DNA of 60,876 bases, filler included. It is 6 parts of 6 records of this genome, joined end to end, with 100 filler letters (N's around TTAATTAATTAA, not from the genome) between each part and the next. Parts side by side here need not be neighbours in the genome. Positions count along the whole stretch, not along the records: positions 1 to 14,152 come from SRR31147125_18249; positions 14,253 to 22,467 come from SRR31147125_18283; 4 more parts are not named here. One strand, 5' to 3'. Within the stretch, counting starts at the first letter, position 1. Each line of letters opens with the position of its first letter. Under the pieces are notes generated by a model. The model searched no databases. It worked only from the letters and a program-made list of their open reading frames with translations, and was not told the origin of the DNA. A program made the translations under genes and the position numbers. Shown one piece after another: positions 10,930 through 19,681 of this stretch.

Positions 10930-12176
10930 ATGCAACACCTTCTCAAAGATGATCCGGAACTGTCCAGGTTAGTCAAACTGGAGGAGGATCGAATAGAACA
11001 GACGATCAACCTGATAGCAGCGGAGAACAATCCCCCGCCGTCGATCATGGAGTTGATGGGGTCGGTTTTCAACATGAAGACCATTGAAGGCTATCCCGGC
11101 AAACGCTTCCACGCCGGTTGTGAATATGTAGACGAGGTGGAACGACTGGCAATCTCGAGGGCTCTGGAGCTATTCGGGGCCGAATATGCGAATGTCCAGC
11201 CCCACAGCGGTACGTCGGCAAACCTTGCGGTTTATTTCAGTGTTCTGGAAGTGGGAGACAAAATCCTGTCTATGAGCCTGCCTCACGGCGGCCACCTCTC
11301 CCACGGCCACAAGGCCTCCATGACCAGCAAATGTTTCACTTTCGAACACTATTCGGTTGATGAGGAAACGGAGCTGATCGACTACGACCTGGTCCATGAG
11401 AAGGCCCGTGCGTTCAAACCGAAAATGATCGTCGCGGGAGCGAGTTCATATCCACGCCTGATTGACTACGCTAAAATGGCAGAGATCGCCGCGGACGTGT
11501 CGGCCTACCTGCTGGCCGATATCGCCCACCTCTCAGGCCTTGTCGCCGGCAACGTAATTCCAAGCCCGGTACCCCACTGCGATTTTGTAACCTTCACCTG
11601 TTACAAGACCCTGCGCGGCGGACGCGGCGGGGTAATCCTCGCGAAAGACCAATACGGCAAAAACCTGGACAGCGCCGTGTTTCCAGGGGGCAGGGAACCA
11701 GCGCCGTCAGCCTGATAGCCGCCAAGGCACTGGCATTCAAACTGGCGATGGAGCCCGGCTTTCCTGAATCCCAGCAGAAGACGCTCGATCTGGCGGTATA
11801 CATGGGACAGCGCCTACAGGAAAAAGGATACCGTCTGGTTACGGGCGGGTCGGAAAATCACCAGGTTGTCGTAGATCTGAGCAACAAAGGGATAAGCGGA
11901 TCAAAAGCTGAAAAAACGCTTGAAGCAGCCGGAATAATTCTGAACCGCAACGTCATCCCCAGAGATGCCCAGTCACCCGGCAAAGTCAGCGGTTTGCGGA
12001 TCGGAACCGGAGCACTTGCAGCACGCGGCATGGATACTACCGAGGTTGACCGGATCGTCAACTGGATGGACACCCTCCTCTGCGACCCGGACAATGCCGA
12101 CCGGCACGCAGAGATCAAGGCGGCAGTAGAAAAACTGAGCACGCAGTTTCCAGTATATAGAGGTAGTGGGTACTAA
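10930..12176 (+). CDS. Serine hydroxymethyltransferase-family PLP enzyme, possibly 2-methylserine hydroxymethyltransferase; apparent frameshift at G5 run 11686-11690
   Basis: LIAAEN, EGYPGKRFHAG, NVQPHSG, GGHLSHG, KTLRGGRGG and SGLRIGT motifs. Adding one G gives FPGGQGTSAVSLIAAKA and joins the ORFs. Confidence 0.85.
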
Positions 12177-12240
12177 GCTGTTTTGTAAAGGCACAGATCA
12201 TTTCGATCGTGTGCAAACAACTTAAAGGAAAGGAGGCATA

Positions 12241-13254
12241 ATGAAACTTCTCAAGAAAACGTGTGTTGTTGGTCTCGCACTGGGATTAGCCTGCAGTCTG
12301 GTTCTTCCGGCGGCAGGACTCGCAGGAACCAAGAAACATAAACTGAAAATCGCCCAGACGGTATTTGCGGCCCCGAGTGCACACATGGATGCGGTCAACA
12401 ACATCGCCAAGGAAGTAACGGAGAAAACCGACGGCCGCATAACCTTCAAGATCTACGGCCCTGAACTGGCTGACTGGGCCGAGCTCAATGAGATGGTCAA
12501 CAGAGGGGACATCGACATGATGCTGTCGCCGATCTCCCCGAGCTACGATCCGCGCTGGAATGCAACGTACACCCCCTATATCGTCACATCGTATGAAGAC
12601 GTGAAGAAGGTATTCGGCGAAGACGGTTTCATGAACGCGATGTTCAAGACCTGGGCAACGGATATCAACATGGTCTGGCTGGGAACCTGGCTGCAGGGCT
12701 TCACTGGTGTTTCCCTGAGTGCCCAACCCGCCACGACGCCTGAAGAGGCCAAGGGCATCAAGATCCGCACCCCGATCGCCGCATTCGAATGTTATTGGGA
12801 CGCGCTCGGTTTTACCCCCAGCCTCATCCCGTACAGCGAGGTTCCGACTGCAATCAGCACAGGTGTTGTTGACGGACAGGCGGGCGGTGGACCATTCCAG
12901 ACATACAGCTGCTGCCGCGACCTGAACAAATATTTTGTCTTCTACCGGGACAGCGTCGAACTCTGGGGCTTCACCTTCAACCTCGACAAGTGGGGAGAGA
13001 TCGAGGCTGACGACCAGCAGATTATCCGCGACATCGTTAGCGCCGAAGTGAGCAAGCGCATCAACGGAGCCGAGGCGGAAGATCTCGAGTACATGGAGAA
13101 ACTCAGAGAGCAGGGACTGACCGTTGTCGATCTTGCTGATGAACCCGAGAAGCTCGCGGTTGCCCAGGAAAATGCTCGCAAATGCTGGACCAAGCTCGAC
13201 GATATCGTCGGCAAAGTCTGGATGGACAAGATTCGCAAGCAGGTTGGGATGTAG
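12241..13254 (+). CDS. dctP: TRAP transporter substrate-binding protein
   Basis: Signal peptide, EKTDGRITFKIY, IKIR, SEVPTAISTGVVDG. Confidence 0.88.
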   Translation: MKLLKKTCVVGLALGLACSLVLPAAGLAGTKKHKLKIAQTVFAAPSAHMDAVNNIAKEVTEKTDGRITFKIYGPELADWAELNEMVNRGDIDMMLSPISPSYDPRWNATYTPYIVTSYEDVKKVFGEDGFMNAMFKTWATDINMVWLGTWLQGFTGVSLSAQPATTPEEAKGIKIRTPIAAFECYWDALGFTPSLIPYSEVPTAISTGVVDGQAGGGPFQTYSCCRDLNKYFVFYRDSVELWGFTFNLDKWGEIEADDQQIIRDIVSAEVSKRINGAEAEDLEYMEKLREQGLTVVDLADEPEKLAVAQENARKCWTKLDDIVGKVWMDKIRKQVGM

Positions 13255-13288
13255 TCCAACGCAGAAAAACAGCAGAATGAACACCTCC

Positions 13289-13322
13289 GGAAACGGCTGC
13301 AGCGACCACTGCAGCCGTTTCC
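13289..13322 (+). terminator. Intercistronic perfect 14-bp stem-loop after the second dctP
   Basis: ggaaacggctgcag-cgacca-ctgcagccgtttcc. Confidence 0.55.
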
Positions 13323-13363
13323 ACTACGACCGATTGGAAAAAGCACAAGCGCCTGGGTGAGAA

Positions 13364-13876
13364 ATGGATAAGCTGATGAGGCTGGGGACGACATGCAACA
13401 GGGTAACGGTTTTTGCAATGCAGGCAATTATCGTCGCCGTTATCGTCGTTACGACCGGGACCATGTTTTTACAGGTCGTTACCCGGTATGTATTTCAGAT
13501 TTCGGTGTCGGGCCTGGATGAGCTGGCGGGTCATACCGCCGTCTGGCTCTACCTGATGGGAGCGGCCTACGGGGCCTACGACAGAAGCCATATCAAGGCC
13601 AGCGTCCTCCATCTCTTCGTCAAGAACAAACGTGTCCTTGCATTCTTCGATGTCCTGGCAATGGCCATAGCGGTCATCGTGACCGTTTTCATGACGGTCT
13701 GGAGCTACGACTACCTGGAGTGGAGCATTCGCAAGCACGAGATAACGCCGACACTGCAGTTACCAACGGTCATTTTTCAGACGGCCATTTTTACCGGCGC
13801 CGTCCTGATGTTGATCTACTTCTCGATCGATCTGGTTTCCCGGCTCAGGAAAGCCCTCGGTCATGAAAATCCGTAG
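13364..13876 (+). CDS. dctQ: TRAP transporter small permease
   Basis: QVVTRY, DELAG and DRSHIK motifs; four TM segments. Confidence 0.87.
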   Translation: MDKLMRLGTTCNRVTVFAMQAIIVAVIVVTTGTMFLQVVTRYVFQISVSGLDELAGHTAVWLYLMGAAYGAYDRSHIKASVLHLFVKNKRVLAFFDVLAMAIAVIVTVFMTVWSYDYLEWSIRKHEITPTLQLPTVIFQTAIFTGAVLMLIYFSIDLVSRLRKALGHENP

Positions 13877-13968
13877 TCAGCGCGTTCACGATCAGGACAT
13901 GCACCTGTCAATCACCTCTATTTTACCCTGCGGGTCTCATCCGCCGCATTCAGTACTGGAGAATTAAT

Positions 13969-14152
13969 GTGCTACACCTTGCTCTGGGATTAGCTATACT
14001 AATTGTTTTGATGATAATTGGCGTGCCGGTTGCGATGGCTTTCGGCGCAATGGCCATCTATCTGGCGATGAGCTTCGACGTCAGCTCGGGAATGCTGATC
14101 CCCACCGCGTTTTACCAGATAAAATCAGTTGTCCTCCTGACGATACCCTTTT
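13969..14152 (+). CDS. dctM: TRAP transporter large permease, 3' truncated at contig end
   Basis: IGVPVAMAFG...LLTIPF N-terminus typical of DctM; follows dctQ. Confidence 0.75.
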
Positions 14153-14252
14153 NNNNNNNNNNNNNNNNNNNNNNNNNNNNNNNNNNNNNNNNNNNNTTAA
14201 TTAATTAANNNNNNNNNNNNNNNNNNNNNNNNNNNNNNNNNNNNNNNNNNNN
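14153..14252. other. Artificial contig spacer
   Basis: N run containing TTAATTAATTAA. Confidence 0.99.
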
Positions 14253-14610
14253 TGTAAGTATTTGGTGTATTGAGGTTTGCTAGCTGGACTTGGAAGAATC
14301 AGACTCATTTATACTTGTATATGTATAAGAATTATTTCAATAATGTATTATGTTTCGTGACGTATGGAAGTTAGGTAAGGCTGTCATATGACTATTGGGC
14401 ATGTTTTCTGCACGAAGAGTTGGTATTTATTAAAAATATGATCGGTAGAGTTTCCTTGGAATTGTTTTATGGATAATTATTTATCTTTATATGGGGGGAG
14501 GAGTATAAATTATATTAAGTGCAAGATGTCTTAATCTGTTTGATGTCAGGTGGTTGCGGTATTGTTCTTTAATGTGATAAAAATTAATCGATAAAAAAAT
14601 ATTTTAAACC

Positions 14611-14638
14611 TTGCAGATTAGAAAAAAAGAGGTATACT
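14611..14638 (+). promoter_or_regulatory. Sigma-70-type promoter for adhE
   Basis: TTGCAG-N16-TATACT. Confidence 0.5.
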
Positions 14639-14643
14639 TCTTT

Positions 14644-14665
14644 TATCGATATTAAAGTATCGATA
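14644..14665. promoter_or_regulatory. Palindromic operator, candidate Rex site
   Basis: TATCGATA-ttaaag-TATCGATA just downstream of the -10. A partial copy lies at 14587-14605. Confidence 0.5.
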
Positions 14666-14749
14666 GCGATTGATCAGTAAGCTCATATAGTTTGGGTAAA
14701 ACTGCTTGGCGTTTAAACATATTTTTAATTGAAAATCGGGAGGACTACA

Positions 14750-17376
14750 ATGGCAGTAAAGAAGAACGCAAAGGGTAGCCCTAAGGCTACAGGTGATGAT
14801 GTCAAACTTGAGGAAGTGATTGCAAAGGCTCGCACAGCACAGAAGATTTATGCAACATTTAATCAGGAGCAGGTAGATAAAATTTTTAAGGAAGCTGCTA
14901 TGGCGGCAGCTGCGGCTCGTATTGAGCTCTCGCTCTTGGCTCAGGAAGAGACCGGTATGGGAGTAGCTGAAGACAAGGTAATTAAAAATCATTTTGCTTC
15001 CGAGTTTATTTATAACAAATTTAAAGACGTAAAGACTTGTGGTATTCTAGAAGATGATTCAGGTTATGGTATCCGTAAAGTTGCTGAGCCTATTGGAATC
15101 ATCGGCGGGGTTGTTCCAACAACCAACCCGACTTCTACAGCAATCTTTAAAGCACTCATTGCTTTGAAAACACGTAATGCGATTGTTTTCTCACCACATC
15201 CACGTGCAAAGAAAGCAACATGTCTTGCTGCGCAGATTGTGTTGGATGCGGCAATTAAGGCAGGGGCACCTGAAGGGATTATCGGTTATATTGAAGAGCC
15301 AACAGTTGCTCTGTCACAGCAGTTGATGAATCACCCTGAAATTGATATTATTCTTGCTACCGGTGCAAGCCGGGAATGGTGCGTGCTGCATACTCATGTG
15401 GTAAACCGGCACTTGGGGTAGGGGCTGGTAATACACCTGCTCTTATCGATGAGACTGCTGATGTACAGATGGCTGTTAACTCAATCCTTATAAGTAAGAC
15501 ATTTGATAACGGGATGATATGTGCGTCTGAGCAGTCATTGACAGTTGTCAAAGAGCTGTATGATGCTGTGAAGAAAGAGCTGGTATTGCGTGGAGCATAT
15601 ATTCTGACTAAGGCTGAGGCAACAAAGGTTAGCAAGACCCTACTAAATGACGGTAAGTTGAATGCTGCTATTGTTGGTCAGCCGGCTTATAAAATTGCTG
15701 CACTTGCTGGGGTCAAGGTTCCTGAGGCAACCAAGGTTCTTGTTGGTGAGGTAAGTAAGGTTGGGGCTGAAGAGCCGTTCAGTTTTGAGAAACTTTCACC
15801 AGTTCTTGCGCTTTATAAAGCTGATGACTTTGAAGCTGCTCAGTTGAATGCGAAGTCTCTCCTTGAGTTCGGTGGTATCGGTCATACCGCTGTATTATAT
15901 ACTGATCTTGATAATAAGGATCGTATCGAATCATATGGTAAAATGATGAAGGCTGGGCGTATTCTGGTCAATCAGCCAGCTTCTCAGGGTGCAATTGGTG
16001 ATGTATATAATTTCCGTCTTGAACCGTCTCTGACTCTTGGTTGCGGTAGTTGGGGTGGTAATAGTGTGAGTGAGAATGTAGGAGTAAAACACCTGATGAA
16101 TGTTAAGACTGTTGCTGAAAGAAGAGAGAATATGCTCTGGTTCCGTGTGCCTGAAAAAATTTATTTCAAGCGTGGCTGCCTTCCGGTTGCTTTGTCAGAC
16201 CTTAAGGGTAAGAAGAGAGCATTTATTGTTACTGATAAGCCTCTTTATGATCTTGGTATTCCGGAGACTATTACAGATCACCTTGATGAGCTAGGCATTG
16301 ATTCAACAGTATTTTATGAGGTAAAGCCTGATCCTGATCTTACTACAATCAATAAGGGTGTGGAAGAGATGATGATCTACAAGCCTGATATTATTATTGC
16401 TGTAGGTGGCGGTTCACCGATGGATGCGGCGAAGATGATGTGGGTGTTGTATGAACATCCTGAGGTTGAGTTTGAAGATATGGCTATGCGCTTTATGGAT
16501 ATCAGAAAACGTGTATATGCTTTCCCTGAACTTGGTAAAAAAGCTATGATGGTTGCGATCTCTACAACATCTGGTACTGGTAGTGAAGTTACGCCATTTG
16601 CTGTTGTTACTGATGATGCTACAGGTAAGAAGTACCCGCTGGCTGACTATGAGCTTACACCTGATATCGCTATCTGTGATACAGACTTAGTGAAGACTAT
16701 GCCTAAAGGTTTGACAGCCTGTTCTGGTATTGATGCTCTGACGCATGACCTTGAAGCAATCGCTGGTATTATGGCGAGTGATTATACAAATGCTCTGGCT
16801 CTGGAGTCTACACGTATTATCTTTAAATATCTGCCACGAGCATATGAGAACGGTGCTAAAGATCTGGTTGCACGTGAGAAGATTCATAATGCTGCGACTA
16901 TGGCAGGTATGGCATTTGCTAATGCTTTCCTCGGAATATGCCACTCTATGGCGCATAAACTTGGGGCGAAGTTCCACCTTCCTCATGGTATGGCAAATGC
17001 GCTCTTGATCAATGCCGTTATTGAGTATAATTCTTCAGAAGCTCCAACCAAGCAGGCTGCATTCTCTCAGTATGAATATCCTAATTGTAAGGAACGTTAT
17101 GCCAGAGTTGCAAGGTATCTTGAGCTTCCTGGTAAGAATGATGATGAGTTGGTCAAGAGCCTGATGAAGGCTATTGATGAGCTCAAGGCCAAGGTAGGTA
17201 TTCCGGCAACTATCAGAGAAGCAGGTGTTGAAGAAGCTGAATTTATGGCTGCTCTGGATGAACTTGCTGTTCAGGCATTTGATGATCAGTGTACTGGAGG
17301 TAATCCACGTTACCCATTGATTAAAGAGCTAAAAGAGCTATACTTGAAGGCTTATGATCCGAAATTAGTAAAATAA
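14750..17376 (+). CDS. adhE: Bifunctional acetaldehyde-CoA/alcohol dehydrogenase, apparent frameshift at about 15365-15369
   Basis: [55 protein letters not shown] and HSMAHK motifs across two overlapping ORFs. GGGAGG RBS. Confidence 0.95.
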
Positions 17377-17381
17377 TTAAA

Positions 17382-17428
17382 ATAAATCGGTGTTTTTCTT
17401 AGAACATTTTTTGAAAACTCCGATTTAT
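17382..17428 (+). terminator. Inverted repeat after adhE
   Basis: ataaatcggtgtttt...aaaactccgatttat. Confidence 0.45.
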
Positions 17429-17443
17429 ATGTATAATCAAATG

Positions 17444-17508
17444 AAATCTTCTACGGGGATCCCTCTTTTCCTCCCTTTTTTTCAAGGTGTCTTCGTAGGA
17501 GGTTTTTT
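17444..17508 (+). ncRNA. Candidate single-hairpin small RNA or attenuator with an anti-SD loop
   Basis: TATAAT at 17432-17437, a 16-17 bp stem with G-U pairs, a pyrimidine loop containing TCCTCCC and a following U tract. Confidence 0.35.
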
Positions 17509-17538
17509 ACTTATACTGTTGCGAAAGGTTATTTTATT

Positions 17539-18231
17539 ATGAAAAAGTCTTCAAGGGAGCATGCATTCGGGGTTGATGGCAATGGTAAGGTGACAAAAGT
17601 GCCTACTATTCGCAGACTTCCAATGTATCTTCGTATCCTTCGCAGGTATAAAGCTGAAAAAATAGAATCGATATCATCAAAAGAACTTTCTAAAGAGATG
17701 GGACTTGAGCCAATATGTGTGCGTAAAGACCTCTCCTTTACTGGTTTTGTAGGTAGACCTCGCTATGGTTATAATGTGGCGGATCTCTACGAAGCTCTCA
17801 ATTCAATTGTTGCATGGGACTCTAAATCTGAAGCAGCTTTAGTGGGTGTTGGACATCTTGGTAGTGCAATATCTGGATATTCAGGGCTTGTCAAGTATGG
17901 ACTCAAGATAGCTGTTGCTTTTGACAACGACCCTGCTGTTATAGGTACAGAGATTCATGATATTCCAATTTATCCACTTTCGGAGCTTGTTAATATTGTT
18001 AGAAGGACTCAGCTGAAGATGGGAATTCTTTGCGTGCCATCAATTGCTGCGCAAGAGGTTGCTGATATTATGGTTGAGGCTGGAGTTAGAGGGATTTGGA
18101 ACTTTACACCTGTAAAGCTCAATGTTCCTGATAATGTTGTTGTACAACAGGAAGATCTGGCGAGCGGTTTGGCTGTTTTATCGGTGAAGATGAGTAATAT
18201 TATTGAGAATGAAGAAAAGACTCAGGAATAA
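17539..18231 (+). CDS. rex: Redox-sensing transcriptional repressor Rex
   Basis: PTIRRLPMY, VRKDLS, GRPRYGY, VGVGHLG and GIWNFTP motifs. Confidence 0.95.
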   Translation: MKKSSREHAFGVDGNGKVTKVPTIRRLPMYLRILRRYKAEKIESISSKELSKEMGLEPICVRKDLSFTGFVGRPRYGYNVADLYEALNSIVAWDSKSEAALVGVGHLGSAISGYSGLVKYGLKIAVAFDNDPAVIGTEIHDIPIYPLSELVNIVRRTQLKMGILCVPSIAAQEVADIMVEAGVRGIWNFTPVKLNVPDNVVVQQEDLASGLAVLSVKMSNIIENEEKTQE

Positions 18232-18250
18232 TATCCCTGAGTCTTTCTTT
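18216..18250. terminator. Intrinsic terminator overlapping the rex stop codon
   Basis: aaagactcagg-N9-cctgagtcttt followed by cttt. Confidence 0.65.
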
Positions 18251-18848
18251 ATAAAACGTGCAGTTGCACGAAAAAAATAAGTATGGTGATTTTCATTGGC
18301 TTTCCTTAGTAAAGGGAAGCTTTTTTAATGCCATCATTTAGGAAGATAAACTTCTTTACGAAGGTGTTTGTTTTCATCTGCACATCAGGAATATATGGCA
18401 GTGGTTTAATGCTAATAATGTCAATCCTATTGCCTGATAATAGTGTTAGTGATGCCTACTTTGCTTGTTGTTTGAGTAGATTGAATAGCTGCTCTTTGTA
18501 ATTATTGTTACCGTTTGGTTTTTAAATTACTACTAATAATGTCTTGTCTTTGCCATGACCGTTTCCTCTTGAAATGATAATATCAATTGAGCATTCTGGT
18601 GTCAATCATTTCTAGATCACTTCAATTTAAGTTTTTGATTTTTCTACATATACTACTATCACTTTATTAATACTAAACTTTAGTAATCATGCGGGAGGGG
18701 CAATGAATTATTAATTTTTTTATATTGCAATTATATTTTGATTGGTTTAGTATCAAGTTTGTCTCGAATAAACTTATCGATTTTGTAAGCTAAATAATAA
18801 CTATCTGCTGTTTTATGCGTTATACCGAAAAAGCATATATAATGAGTA

Positions 18849-19667
18849 ATGAGGATTTTTATGTTACGTAATAATATAAAGTACCTAGCTATTTTCTCTT
18901 TTACAGTTGTTGGGTTTTCATTCTTATATTCATCACCATACGTGAACATTGTTTGTAAAGACCAATCACTAACAAATAACCTCGGTAATAGTATATATTT
19001 TAGTATTATAACAATAACAACATTAGGGTATGGTGACTATTGTCCTGAAAATAGCCTTGCTAAGCTATTTGTTTCAATAGAATCAATATTAGGAATTATT
19101 ATTGTGGGGCTATATTTGAATTCATGGGCAAATTTGAAGAGTGAGCAAAATATTACAAAACATGCACTTTTACGGTTTTCTGGTTATAATAATTTAATTT
19201 TAAAGGATATAGATTGCCTTAAAAGCTATATAGCATTGAAGCCTGGGAATATCCCAGATGATGAGACTTTAGCTACGGCAAAAAAACAGGAATTTTGCGA
19301 TATTAGTGAACTACACTCAAAAAAAACTGATGAGCTGGAACCAGTAATAGCTAATTATGCAAAATGTTTGCGTGAATTACTTAATCACTTAAATGATGCG
19401 TTAGCGTCAGGCTCACTTAGCTATTGGCCACAGCTTGAGGAGATGTGTGTTAAATTTATTGATTATCACAAGGAGATGAGTTTTTTACAAGAAATTGAGA
19501 CTAATAACGAGAAGACAATAACTAAAATTAAACGCTTAATTAATGAAAACCAAGATATGGATAGTAAACGTATTGATAAGTCAATTTGTTCATATATAAA
19601 ACTGTTTAAATCGAGAAAAGTAATTATTGACTTTATAGAAAACTTCAATGATATTTCTTTAAATTAG
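18849..19667 (+). CDS. Two-TM potassium-channel pore protein with an unknown C-terminal soluble domain
   Basis: TM1, pore helix SIYFSIITIT, filter TTLGYGD, TM2 SILGIIIVGLYL. The roughly 175-aa tail lacks an RCK GxGxxG motif. Confidence 0.85.
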   Translation: MRIFMLRNNIKYLAIFSFTVVGFSFLYSSPYVNIVCKDQSLTNNLGNSIYFSIITITTLGYGDYCPENSLAKLFVSIESILGIIIVGLYLNSWANLKSEQNITKHALLRFSGYNNLILKDIDCLKSYIALKPGNIPDDETLATAKKQEFCDISELHSKKTDELEPVIANYAKCLRELLNHLNDALASGSLSYWPQLEEMCVKFIDYHKEMSFLQEIETNNEKTITKIKRLINENQDMDSKRIDKSICSYIKLFKSRKVIIDFIENFNDISLN

Positions 19668-19681
19668 ATAAGGATTAGTAA

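Noticed and set aside
1557-11690. Coordinated phase variation of dsdA and the SHMT paralogue via poly-G tracts
   Set aside because: The tracts are only 5-6 nt, and similar single-base losses occur in housekeeping genes on another contig, pointing to sequencing error.
12286-13284. 332-aa antisense ORF
   Set aside because: It shadows dctP on the opposite strand, as expected from codon bias in GC-rich DNA, and has no motifs.
14197-14208. TTAATTAATTAA repeated five times in the window
   Set aside because: Assembly linker, not biological. ORFs ending in X..LIN run through it artefactually.
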